This document shows, one piece after another, positions 9,808 to 19,555 of a stretch of 64,000 bases of DNA (its first letter is position 1; the number at the start of each line of letters is the position of its first letter). A program made the translations under genes and the position numbers. Below the pieces are notes generated by a model. The model was not told where the DNA came from. It did no database searches and saw only the letters and a list, made by a program, of their open reading frames with translations. This stretch comes from Bacteroidia bacterium (GTDB lineage: Bacteria; Bacteroidota; Bacteroidia; M30B66), in assembly GCA_965279035.1 (NCBI GenBank), contig OZ257142.1, positions 3,744,001-3,808,000 on the forward strand. Reading direction: 5' to 3'.

Positions 9808-11352
9808 ATGTTTCGACAATTTTTATATCTCCTCATTTTCGGCTCCAGTAGTTTATTTGCACAAGCCGATCTTCAATTTGTTCACCTCAGTATTGTTCCA
9901 GATTTTGAAAAACAAAGCATTCGTGGAACCGTCAATCAAACTTGGCTTATTCATCCAAGTGATACAATCATCGAATTAGAACTTTTTCCAGAATTCGACA
10001 TTCAAACACTTAAACTAAATAACAAGTCTGCATCTTATATTAGAAAAGAAAACGCCATCATCATTCCATTAAAAGAACATTCCTCTAGTATTCAAATTTC
10101 AATTCAATATTCAGGAATTCCTCATCAAGCTGTAAAACCTCCTTGGGATGGTGGTTTTATATGGAAGAAGGATGCAAATAAACAACATTGGTTAACAGTT
10201 GCTTGTCAAGATGAAGGCGCACAACTTTGGTGGCCAGCACCAGCTAACTATAGCGACGAACCCGAATCAGCACTAATAACTTGCACCTATCCCGACAATT
10301 TGTTTTTCAAATCCAATGGAAAACTTTTTCAAGACAGGAAACACTTAAATAATACTAGAACAACGACTTGGAAAGTAAGCAGCCCAATAAACACCTATAA
10401 CATCACTTTAAACATTGGCAACTATGCACAATTATCCGATACACTGCTCCAAGCAAATGGTAAAATCCTACAACTCAATTATTATCCACTTGCATATAAC
10501 AAAGACAAAGCTTTAAAACAGTTTACACAAGTAAAGCCTATGCTTCGTTGTTTTGAATCGTATTTTGGGCCCTATCCATTTTTCAACGATGGGTATTCAA
10601 TTGTTGAAACTCCTTATGCTGGTATGGAACACCAAAGTGCTATCGCTTATGGAAACGGGTATGTTGATGGATACAATGGGAAAGATTATTCTGCTATTGA
10701 TGTTTGGTTCGACTTCATAGTAATACATGAAACGGGACACGAATGGTGGGGAAATTCTGTAACTGCTGCATCAAAAAAGGATTTTTGGTTACAAGAGGCT
10801 TTTTGCACTTATGCCGAATACGTATATGTGAAATGTCGTTTTGGAAACGAAACAGCCGAGCGTTACATCAATGCTAAAAAGCGCCTCGTTTCAAACAAAT
10901 CTCCAATTATGGGTGAAGAAGAAAGTGGAGTTGATATGTATACCAAAGGTGCATTGATGATTCATACCATGCAGCAATTTGCTTCTTCAGAGGAGGAATG
11001 GTGGAAAATAATGAAAGAATTTGCTTTAGAATTTCGTTGGAAATCCATCACTTCTGATCAGCTGAAAAATTGGTTCTCTATGAAAATTCCAGGTTTAGAA
11101 CCTATATTTTTTGATCAGTATTTAACTTTAGCAAATCCTCCAATATTGGAATATAAAATCAATGGAGATTCAACTATAAACTTTCGCATTAGCAATGCAC
11201 TTCAGAGCTTTAAAATTCCCATACAATGGCAAAACAAAAAAGGTGAATCATATCTAACTTGGGCTGGTGGTGATTCCCAAACGTTGAAAATTAATGGCTC
11301 TCCAATGCTTCCAAATGAAAATGCAGCTTATTTCATCCTAAAAACCAGATAA
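9808..11352 (+). CDS. M1-family zinc aminopeptidase, exported
   Basis: Signal peptide; PYAGMEHQ exopeptidase motif; HETGHEWWGN...FWLQEAF; MYTKGA. Confidence 0.88.
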   Translation: MFRQFLYLLIFGSSSLFAQADLQFVHLSIVPDFEKQSIRGTVNQTWLIHPSDTIIELELFPEFDIQTLKLNNKSASYIRKENAIIIPLKEHSSSIQISIQYSGIPHQAVKPPWDGGFIWKKDANKQHWLTVACQDEGAQLWWPAPANYSDEPESALITCTYPDNLFFKSNGKLFQDRKHLNNTRTTTWKVSSPINTYNITLNIGNYAQLSDTLLQANGKILQLNYYPLAYNKDKALKQFTQVKPMLRCFESYFGPYPFFNDGYSIVETPYAGMEHQSAIAYGNGYVDGYNGKDYSAIDVWFDFIVIHETGHEWWGNSVTAASKKDFWLQEAFCTYAEYVYVKCRFGNETAERYINAKKRLVSNKSPIMGEEESGVDMYTKGALMIHTMQQFASSEEEWWKIMKEFALEFRWKSITSDQLKNWFSMKIPGLEPIFFDQYLTLANPPILEYKINGDSTINFRISNALQSFKIPIQWQNKKGESYLTWAGGDSQTLKINGSPMLPNENAAYFILKTR

Positions 11353-11431
11353 TCAAGTCCTGCGATTCTAATGAAATTCAGATTTAGAGAATATTTTTTC
11401 CTATTTTTACCGAAGCAAAAAACCATCATTG

Positions 11432-13612
11432 ATGTTAAAAATCAAAAAACACTTTTTCTTCCCAGTTTTTCTCTTACTGGCTTCCTTTTCGTTTACTAAT
11501 GCTCAAATAACCTTTACAGTTCAACCTGCAACAAATTTGGTTCAGGATGTACTTGTCGGAGCTGGGGTTCAAGTGAGCAATATTACCTCTGGTGGTGACA
11601 CTGCCCAAATTGGTCGATTTACAGGTGGAAATCTTGTAAATCTTGGTGTTAACAACGGAGTAGTAATGACTACTGGAAATCTAATTACTCAATCCGATGC
11701 AACTGACATTTCGTTTATTGGTCAAGCTGCTAATAACGGAACAATTAGTTCAGCTAGTGATAATACAACTGATCTAACTGATGATGCAGATTTAAATGCT
11801 ATTATCAGTAGTTATGGTGCTACAGCAATTACCAATAATTTAGCTGTTCTAGAATTCGACTTTATCCCTTCTGGAGATTCTGTTGCTTTTAATTATGTAT
11901 TTGCTTCTGAAGAATACAATGGATTTGTATGTTCTCAGTATTTCGATGTTTTTGGATTTTTCATTTCTGGTCCAGGCTTTAATGGTCCATTTTCCAATAA
12001 TGCAGAAAACATTGCCATTGTTCCAGGAAGTTCCCCTGTTTTGCCTGTGAGTATGAATACAATAAACAGTGGAGTTAGTGATGGTGGTGACTTTTGTCCT
12101 CCAAATGGATTAAACAATTCCCAGTTTTTTGTTGATAATAGTGCTTCAACGAACTTTGGTCCTTATGGGTTTACCACCATTTTAACTGCTCAAGCAACAG
12201 TTCAATGTGGACAAACATATCACATCAAACTCATCTTAGCCAATGGCTTTGACACTGCTTTTGATTCTTGGGTGTTCCTTCAAGCAGAAAGTTTCAGCTC
12301 AAGCGTACCTAATTTCACAGCAACAAACTTATTACCCGATAGCTCAGTAATTGAAGGTTGTCTATCTGGTAATTTAGTATTCACTCGTAATATTACTGAT
12401 GAAGAATTATCAATTCCAATGAATTATTCTGGAACTGCTACTTTTGGTGATGATTACACTGGACTTCCTGATACTATTACATTCCCTGTTGGAGTTGATT
12501 CCTTGTTTTTCACACTCGTTCCAGTAAATGATGGAATTACCGAAGGTACTGAAATCGTAATTTTCACGTTCAATGTACCCAACGAATGTGGCGACACTGT
12601 TACCGTCTCAGATTATCTTAAGATTAAAGACCCGTACGAACTATCAATTACAACACCCGATCCTGTTTTAGATTGTCCAGATCCAAACTATACAGTAGGC
12701 GTTCAAGTCTCTGGTGGATATCAACCTTATAGTTATTCTTGGGACTATAATAATTTGATCACACCAACGATCAATATTCCAATTTCAAAAACTGACACCT
12801 TCATTGTTCAGATTCACGACGTTTTGAATTGTATTTTGAATCAATATACCGATACAGTTATTGTTACTTTAAATTACGATTCACTTCAAACTGCATCACA
12901 GTCAAGAACTATTTGTAAAGGACAAACTACTCTCCTTAGTCCTTTAGCTCAATTTGGACTAGCTCCTTTTACTTACGAATGGGTAAACATTACCAATACA
13001 GATACTACAACTGTATACCCTTCAGATACAACAGCATATGTTTACATTGTTACGGATGCATGTAATATTTCTTCTCAGGATACTTTCTTTGTAAATGTTC
13101 CTGATTATGATGACTTAATTGTAACTGTTACCGATACAACAATTTGTAAAAGAGGAACAGCCGAACTCTATTGTTCAGTTACAGGTGGAGATGGGAATTA
13201 CACCTATTATTGGTCAGGTCCGCCAGTCATTGTTCCGATTACAGATTCAACAAGTTCTGCTTCACCCGAAGCATCAGTCATTTATTGGATTGATGTATAT
13301 GATGGTTGTAATACTGTTTCAAGCGATACCATGCATGTTGATGTTCAAAGTTGTGAACTACAAGTTGGAAATGCATTCTCACCAAATTCCGATGGGAAAA
13401 ATGACTTCTTTGAAATTAATAATATCCTGTTCTATCCAAACAATACAGTATTCCTTTATAATCGTTGGGGCAAGAAAGTTTTAGAACAATCAAGCTATAA
13501 AAACAATTGGGCAGGCGATGATAGTGTAACTTCTGGCACTTACTATTACGTTGTTGATCCAGGAGATGGTACCGAATTGCTTAAAGGTTATGTAACTATT
13601 TTCAAGAACTAA
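11432..13612 (+). CDS. Choice-of-anchor L domain protein with T9SS type B (gliding motility-associated) C-terminal domain
   Basis: VLEFDFIP...YVFASEEY...DVFGFFISGPG...YHIKL (choice-of-anchor L); C-terminal NAFSPNSDGKNDFF...YNRWG...GTYYY...GYVTI. Confidence 0.85.
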   Translation: MLKIKKHFFFPVFLLLASFSFTNAQITFTVQPATNLVQDVLVGAGVQVSNITSGGDTAQIGRFTGGNLVNLGVNNGVVMTTGNLITQSDATDISFIGQAANNGTISSASDNTTDLTDDADLNAIISSYGATAITNNLAVLEFDFIPSGDSVAFNYVFASEEYNGFVCSQYFDVFGFFISGPGFNGPFSNNAENIAIVPGSSPVLPVSMNTINSGVSDGGDFCPPNGLNNSQFFVDNSASTNFGPYGFTTILTAQATVQCGQTYHIKLILANGFDTAFDSWVFLQAESFSSSVPNFTATNLLPDSSVIEGCLSGNLVFTRNITDEELSIPMNYSGTATFGDDYTGLPDTITFPVGVDSLFFTLVPVNDGITEGTEIVIFTFNVPNECGDTVTVSDYLKIKDPYELSITTPDPVLDCPDPNYTVGVQVSGGYQPYSYSWDYNNLITPTINIPISKTDTFIVQIHDVLNCILNQYTDTVIVTLNYDSLQTASQSRTICKGQTTLLSPLAQFGLAPFTYEWVNITNTDTTTVYPSDTTAYVYIVTDACNISSQDTFFVNVPDYDDLIVTVTDTTICKRGTAELYCSVTGGDGNYTYYWSGPPVIVPITDSTSSASPEASVIYWIDVYDGCNTVSSDTMHVDVQSCELQVGNAFSPNSDGKNDFFEINNILFYPNNTVFLYNRWGKKVLEQSSYKNNWAGDDSVTSGTYYYVVDPGDGTELLKGYVTIFKN

Positions 13613-13668
13613 TTCAACTTTTCAGAATTTGCAGGCGCCCACCGTGGCGCCTGTTCTGTTTTAATAAA

Positions 13669-15492
13669 ATGCGTAAATCCCTTTTCTTTCTCCTTACAAT
13701 TTTCCCTGCTCTTATGTTTGCTCAGGATTCACATAGTTGCGCTCGTCCACAAGAGGTTACTTTAAGTCATTTGTCCTTAAAACTTAAATTGAATTTTGAG
13801 AAAAATATAGCAACTGGAATTGCTCAACTTACCCTTTCTAGAAAGCCCGGTTTTAATGAGATTTGGATCGATACGCGTCAATTAAATATTGAAGGAGTAA
13901 TAGATGAAAATGGGAATAAATTAAATTTTGAACTTCAACCTGAAAAGCCTTGGCTTGGAAAAGCGTTGAAAATTCAATTGAATGATAATACGAAATCGGT
14001 TGTTATTGCCTATTCTACAACTCCTGAATCGGCTGCACTGCAATGGTTAAAACCAGAGCAAACAGAAGGAAAAAAATATCCGTTTTTATTTACTCAAGGA
14101 CAAGCTATCTTAAGCAGAACTTGGATTCCTATTCAAGATAGTCCTGGAATTCGTTTTACTTGGGATGCAGAAATTACAGTTCCGAAAGAATTAATGGCGG
14201 TTATGAGTGGTAATAATCCTCAAGAAAAAAGTGAGGATGGTGTCTATAAATTTCGAATGACTCAGCCAGTTCCGGCATACCTCGTTGCCCTAGCTGTTGG
14301 TGATTTGCAATTCTCTTCATTAAGTAATCGAACAGGAGTTTATGCAGAACCAACCATGCTCAGCAGAGCTACTTCCGAATTGGAAGATTTAGAAAAAATG
14401 GTGGTTGCTGCCGAATCGCTTTATGGTCCTTACCAATGGGGAAGATATGATGTGATTGTTCTTCCTCCATCATTCCCTTTTGGTGGAATGGAAAACCCAA
14501 GGCTTACATTTGCAACTCCTACCATCATCGCTGGTGATCGTTCATTAACTTCACTCATAGCGCATGAATTAGCACATAGCTGGTCAGGTAATCTCGTCAC
14601 CAATGCAACATGGGATGATTTCTGGTTAAATGAAGGCTTCACCGTTTATTTCGAACGAAGAATTATGGAGTCCTTATATGGAAAGGATTATTCAGATATG
14701 TTGGCTGTTTTGGGTTATCAAGATCTCCAAGAAACACTCGAGGAATTAGGTCCTCAATCAGTGGATACCAAACTCAAATTGTCATTAGAAGGTCGCGATG
14801 CGGATGATGGGATGAATGATATAGCCTATGAAAAAGGCTGTTTATTTTTAGTTTCTATCGAAAAGAAAGTTGGACGCCCTGCTTTTGATGCTTTCCTAAA
14901 AGGATATTTTAAAGAATTTGCTTTCAAGTCGATTACGACCGAAGAATTCATCAAATACCTAAATCGACAACTAAAAACTCCCGAGGGCATACAGTTCAAT
15001 GAGCAAGATTGGATTTATAAACCAGGAATTCCGGCAGGTGTTGAAGCTCCCGTTTCTACTAGATTCCAACAAGTGGATGCAATTTTAGCTTCGTTTGTTT
15101 CAGGAAAATCTCCTGCTGTTGGATTGTATGTTACTGGCTGGACAACACATGAATGGCTTCAGTTTTTGCGTCATTTACCTGCAACTTTAACTCAAGAACA
15201 AATGAATGATCTTGACGCTAATTTTGGATTTACACGATCTGGAAACTCAGAAATCCAATTTGCTTGGTTCATGGCCGTTATTCCTAATTCATATCTACCT
15301 GCAGATAAAGCGCTAGAAGCATTTTTACTTCGCGTTGGAAGACGCAAATTCGTGTTACCACTCTATACGGCAATGCTTAAACAAGATCGTCTAGCTGAAA
15401 AAGCAAGAGAAATATACAAAGAAGCAAAAAAAGGATATCATGCGGTTACTGTTCAGACCTTAGATGAACTCTTTGAAAAAAAGAAAAAATAA
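13669..15492 (+). CDS. M1 aminopeptidase, leukotriene A4 hydrolase-like
   Basis: PPSFPFGGMENPRL, AHELAHSWSGNLVTN, WLNEGF, AYEKG, VGRRKF. Confidence 0.93.
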   Translation: MRKSLFFLLTIFPALMFAQDSHSCARPQEVTLSHLSLKLKLNFEKNIATGIAQLTLSRKPGFNEIWIDTRQLNIEGVIDENGNKLNFELQPEKPWLGKALKIQLNDNTKSVVIAYSTTPESAALQWLKPEQTEGKKYPFLFTQGQAILSRTWIPIQDSPGIRFTWDAEITVPKELMAVMSGNNPQEKSEDGVYKFRMTQPVPAYLVALAVGDLQFSSLSNRTGVYAEPTMLSRATSELEDLEKMVVAAESLYGPYQWGRYDVIVLPPSFPFGGMENPRLTFATPTIIAGDRSLTSLIAHELAHSWSGNLVTNATWDDFWLNEGFTVYFERRIMESLYGKDYSDMLAVLGYQDLQETLEELGPQSVDTKLKLSLEGRDADDGMNDIAYEKGCLFLVSIEKKVGRPAFDAFLKGYFKEFAFKSITTEEFIKYLNRQLKTPEGIQFNEQDWIYKPGIPAGVEAPVSTRFQQVDAILASFVSGKSPAVGLYVTGWTTHEWLQFLRHLPATLTQEQMNDLDANFGFTRSGNSEIQFAWFMAVIPNSYLPADKALEAFLLRVGRRKFVLPLYTAMLKQDRLAEKAREIYKEAKKGYHAVTVQTLDELFEKKKK

Positions 15493-15532
15493 AACATTCC
15501 AATCCCATAGATTTGCAAAACAGACAAGAATT

Positions 15533-16048
15533 ATGAGCTTAGAAACAACTTCGTTTAAAGGAAGACCCGTAGAATTACTTGATGAACTTCCTGGAATCAA
15601 TCAAGATGCATTCGATTTCACTTTTGTTAAAACCGATTTAACAGAAAGCAGTCTATATGATTATGAAGACAAAGTGAAGGTATTAATCGCCGTTCCAAGT
15701 TTAGATTTGGGTGTTTGCCAAAGAGAAACTCGTCAATTTAATGAGCGCTTATCAGCTAAAAAAGGTGTTGTAGGTATCGTCGTTTCAAAAGATCTTCCTT
15801 TTGCAATGAAACGTTTTTGCGAAACAGAAGGCTTAGAAAATATCGTTAGCGCATCCGATTATCGTTACCTTGATTTTACACGTGAATACTGTACAGAGAT
15901 GGTAGATGGTCCTTTGAAAGGCCTTAGCGCACGTGCAGTTTTTGTAGTGGATGGCAATAACAAAATCCGTTATGTTGAATTAACTCCTGATATTACTGTC
16001 GAACCCAATTACGATAAAGTTTTAGAGGCTGTTGATCAATTACTTTAA
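15533..16048 (+). CDS. tpx: Thiol peroxidase (atypical 2-Cys peroxiredoxin)
   Basis: PSLDLGVC, SKDLPFAMKRFC, LSARAVFVVD, EPNYD. Start at MSLETT. Confidence 0.9.
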   Translation: MSLETTSFKGRPVELLDELPGINQDAFDFTFVKTDLTESSLYDYEDKVKVLIAVPSLDLGVCQRETRQFNERLSAKKGVVGIVVSKDLPFAMKRFCETEGLENIVSASDYRYLDFTREYCTEMVDGPLKGLSARAVFVVDGNNKIRYVELTPDITVEPNYDKVLEAVDQLL

Positions 16049-16066
16049 TCTCATTTTCTTTAAAAT

Positions 16067-16093
16067 AAAAAAGGCGCTCAAAGCGCCTTTTTT
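16067..16093. terminator. Bidirectional intrinsic terminator
   Basis: AAAAAAGGCGCT / AGCGCCTTTTTT between the convergent tpx and PfkB genes. Confidence 0.8.
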
Positions 16094-16112
16094 CATGGAA
16101 TTATTTTTAAAA

Positions 16113-17039
16113 TCACCCAACAAGTGAGATATCAAATTGAACTAAGTCAATGAATTGTTGAACGCGTTCATCCACTTCGTTGGCACTCAAGTTCTGAATC
16201 CTTTCTGTTCCAAATTTCTCTACACTGAACGAAGCCATAGCGGAACCAAAAATTACTGCTCGTTTTAAGTTATCGAAAGAAATATCTTTTGTTTCAGCAA
16301 TGTAACCTATAAATCCTCCAGCAAAGCTATCGCCCGCACCTGTAGGGTCAAATACTTCTTCGAGTGGAAGTGCTGGAGCGAAAAATACCTGATCATGATT
16401 AAATAATAATGCGCCATGCTCCCCTTTCTTAATAATCAAGTATTTAGGGCCAATCGCCATGATCTTCTTTGCAGCTTTTACTAATGAATATTCCCCTGAT
16501 AATTGACGAGCTTCTTCATCATTAATCGTAAGTACATCTACATTTTTAAGCAAAGACAACAAATCATTAAGTGCTATATCCATCCAAAAATTCATGGTAT
16601 CAAGCACTACCAGTTTAGGGCGGGTTTTAAGTCGATCAAGAACCGTTTGTTGAACTGATGGAGCTAAATTTCCTAACATTAGAAATTCGCAATCTTGATA
16701 CTCTTCTGGGATCACAGGATCAAATGTTGCCAAAACATTTAACTGAGTATCCAAGGTATCACGACTATTCATATCGTTATGATATCGACCACTCCAAAAG
16801 AAAGTTTTCTCGCCTTCCTTTATTTGAAGTCCACTTGTCTTCACTCCACGTTTTTGCAACATTTCAATGGCAGCATGGGGAAAATCGTCTCCAACTACCG
16901 ACACTAAATTGATGTTGTTTTTAAAATAGGAAGCTGCCAGACTTATAAAAGTTGCAGCTCCACCTACAATTTTATCGGTTTTACCGAAAGGTGTTTCAAT
17001 GGCATCAAAGGCCACTGTTCCAATGACTAAAAGACTCAT
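16113..17039 (-). CDS. PfkB-family carbohydrate/nucleoside kinase
   Basis: GTVAFD, VGGAAT, INDEEA, DPTGAGDSFAGG. Confidence 0.9.
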   Translation of the reverse strand: MSLLVIGTVAFDAIETPFGKTDKIVGGAATFISLAASYFKNNINLVSVVGDDFPHAAIEMLQKRGVKTSGLQIKEGEKTFFWSGRYHNDMNSRDTLDTQLNVLATFDPVIPEEYQDCEFLMLGNLAPSVQQTVLDRLKTRPKLVVLDTMNFWMDIALNDLLSLLKNVDVLTINDEEARQLSGEYSLVKAAKKIMAIGPKYLIIKKGEHGALLFNHDQVFFAPALPLEEVFDPTGAGDSFAGGFIGYIAETKDISFDNLKRAVIFGSAMASFSVEKFGTERIQNLSANEVDERVQQFIDLVQFDISLVG

Positions 17040-17048
17040 GTTCAGTTT

Positions 17049-18245
17049 TTATTTTTTATTAGGATAAACACGCAATGCCTCTTGAAGGATAATCACTGCA
17101 CGTTGTAAATCACTCACTTTTAATACATATCCAATGCGAACTTCATCTTTCCCCGCTCCAGGACTTGAATAAAAACCTGTTGCAGGAGCTAACATGATCG
17201 TTTCATTTTCAAATTGAAAATCTTCCAATAACCACTGACAAAAATGGTCAGAATCGTGAATTGGTAGACGAGCCATAGCATAAAAAGCACCCGTTGGTTT
17301 TGGACAAAAAACTCCGGGGATTTTATTGAGTCCTTCAATTAATACATTGCGTCTAGCAACATATTCATGAACTACATCTTCGAAATACGAATTAGGTGTT
17401 TCTAAAGCTGCTTCGGAAGCAATTTGTCCAAATGTAGGGGGACTTAATCGTGCTTGAGCAAACTTCAAAGCTGTTTGCATTACCTCTTTATTTCGGGTAA
17501 CCAAAGCTCCAATGCGAGCACCACACATGCTATATCGTTTTGAAACCGAATCAATCAAGATTACATTTTGATCAATACCTGGCAACTGCATTGCAGAAAA
17601 AAAAGTAGAGCCATCATAACAAAACTCACGATAAACTTCATCAGCAAAGAGATACAAATCGTACTTCAAAATAATATCACGTAGTTTCTCTAAATCTTCA
17701 CGTGAATATATCATTCCCGTTGGATTTCCTGGATTTGAAATGATAATCGCCTTCGTTCTTGGTGAAATCAAGGCTTCAAATTCTTCAATTGGAGGAAGTT
17801 GAAAACCAGTATCAATACTCGTTTTTACTGGAATTACTTTAGCTCCAGCTGTACAAGCAAAACTGAGGTAATTTGCGTAAAATGGTTCAGGAATAATAAC
17901 TTCATCACCTGGATCCATGCAGGTCATCATGGCCATTAATAATGCTTCAGAGCCTCCCGTTGTTATGAGAATTTGCTCGTGATTCACATCGATGTGATTT
18001 TTTTGATAATAGTCCGCAAGCTTTCTACGGTATGATTCAAATCCTGCGCTATGGCTGTACTCTATAACTTTAAGTTCAGTATTCCGAATTGCATTAAGCG
18101 CAACCTCAGGTGTTTCAATATCGGGTTGACCAATATTCAAATGGTAAATCTTAACACCTCTTTTTTTTGCAGCTTCTGCAAATGGAACGAGTTTCCGAAT
18201 GGGAGAGGAAGGCATTGCCTGTCCTTTAGCTGATATACTTGGCAT
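17049..18245 (-). CDS. PLP-dependent aspartate aminotransferase-family enzyme
   Basis: LNIGQPD, SNPGNPTG, ADEVYREF, DSVSKRYSMCGARIG. Confidence 0.9.
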   Translation of the reverse strand: MPSISAKGQAMPSSPIRKLVPFAEAAKKRGVKIYHLNIGQPDIETPEVALNAIRNTELKVIEYSHSAGFESYRRKLADYYQKNHIDVNHEQILITTGGSEALLMAMMTCMDPGDEVIIPEPFYANYLSFACTAGAKVIPVKTSIDTGFQLPPIEEFEALISPRTKAIIISNPGNPTGMIYSREDLEKLRDIILKYDLYLFADEVYREFCYDGSTFFSAMQLPGIDQNVILIDSVSKRYSMCGARIGALVTRNKEVMQTALKFAQARLSPPTFGQIASEAALETPNSYFEDVVHEYVARRNVLIEGLNKIPGVFCPKPTGAFYAMARLPIHDSDHFCQWLLEDFQFENETIMLAPATGFYSSPGAGKDEVRIGYVLKVSDLQRAVIILQEALRVYPNKK

Positions 18246-18306
18246 AAAACAAAAAACCCCGACACTAAGTCGGGGTGCAAATATGAAAATTTTTAGGGAT
18301 CAAACT

Positions 18307-18783
18307 TTATTTTTCAAGAGGAGCCATTCCACTTTTCTTTTCTGGCATTCCTGCATCAGCTGGCGGCTGTTCAACATTCCCCTTAATGTAAATCATTTTG
18401 GTTCCTGTTTTATCCTTAGCCATGTTCTGAATGGTAAGCGTTACGTTTTTGTTGATAGCGCCTGCACGTTTCGTATCGTAACTTACTTTTACAACTCCTG
18501 TTTTACCTGGTCCAATTGGTTCTTTTGGCCAATCAGGAACTGTACAACCACAGCTACCACGTGCATTAGAAATTACAAAAGGTTCTTTACCAGTATTTTT
18601 AAATTTGAATTCACATGTTCCATCAGCACCATTTTTAATGGTCCCGTAATCATGCGTTTCTTTTTCAAATTCAATAGCAGGAGTCCAGTTTTGTTCTGTA
18701 GAAGCTGGCTGCTGTGGCGCCTGGGCATGTAGAGCAACGAAGCCCATTGCCAGAAACGCCATCGATAACAGGGATCGTTTCAT
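18307..18783 (-). CDS. DUF1573 domain exported protein
   Basis: Signal peptide; HDYGTI...FKFKNTGKEP...GSCGCTVPDW. Confidence 0.88.
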   Translation of the reverse strand: MKRSLLSMAFLAMGFVALHAQAPQQPASTEQNWTPAIEFEKETHDYGTIKNGADGTCEFKFKNTGKEPFVISNARGSCGCTVPDWPKEPIGPGKTGVVKVSYDTKRAGAINKNVTLTIQNMAKDKTGTKMIYIKGNVEQPPADAGMPEKKSGMAPLEK

Positions 18784-18893
18784 TTTGGTGTAATTAGAGA
18801 TTATTGATTAGACAAATTTAGTTTTTTCTTTTACGTTTTCTATAATGATCCATCAATTCCTAAACTGAATGAATGAATCATGAAGAACTCACT

Positions 18894-19328
18894 TTATTTT
18901 GCTGGCTCTGTTCCTGCCGATTTTGGTGTAACAGTACCTTTAATCGTGATTTTTGAGGAACCAGTTTTTTCTTTATTGACACCGCTCACAAATGTAACTG
19001 TAACTTCTTTAGAAAAACTTCCTGGACGACCTTCTGAATTAAATCCTACTTTGATTTTTCCTGTTTTTCCAGGTGCGATAGGTGTTTTGTCGAATTCTGG
19101 AGTTGTACATCCACATCCAGCTGTGGCATTTGTAACTACGATAGGTTCTTTTCCAGTATTCTTAAATTCGAATTCTGTATTCACTTTGGGACCTTCTGGT
19201 ATTTTACCGAAATCGTGCTCTACATTGGTGAATTTTGCTGTTGGTGTCCAATTTAAATCGGTAGTTGCTGGTTGAGCTGCTAAGGTCAGACTGCCCGAGA
19301 AGAGCAGCATTGCGAAGATTTTTTTCAT
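18894..19328 (-). CDS. DUF1573 domain exported protein (tandem paralog)
   Basis: Signal peptide MKKIFAM; HDFGKI...FKNTGKEP...AGCGCTTP. Confidence 0.88.
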   Translation of the reverse strand: MKKIFAMLLFSGSLTLAAQPATTDLNWTPTAKFTNVEHDFGKIPEGPKVNTEFEFKNTGKEPIVVTNATAGCGCTTPEFDKTPIAPGKTGKIKVGFNSEGRPGSFSKEVTVTFVSGVNKEKTGSSKITIKGTVTPKSAGTEPAK

Positions 19329-19555
19329 AAATAGTCGTTTGAATTTCGCGGCGCCCCCAGCAATTACCAAGCCAAAAATCGATAGGCAAATAGGGGTTCC
19401 AATTGGATTTTAATAGATTTATTAAAACTAGAATATGACCTATTGATAATTGCTTTCATCCAAAGTATTACTGAATACAATTTTATAAGTAGAACCATCA
19501 ATTGGCTGTTTCCTACTTAGCTAAATCGTCTATTTTTGCCTTCCCAAGAAGAATT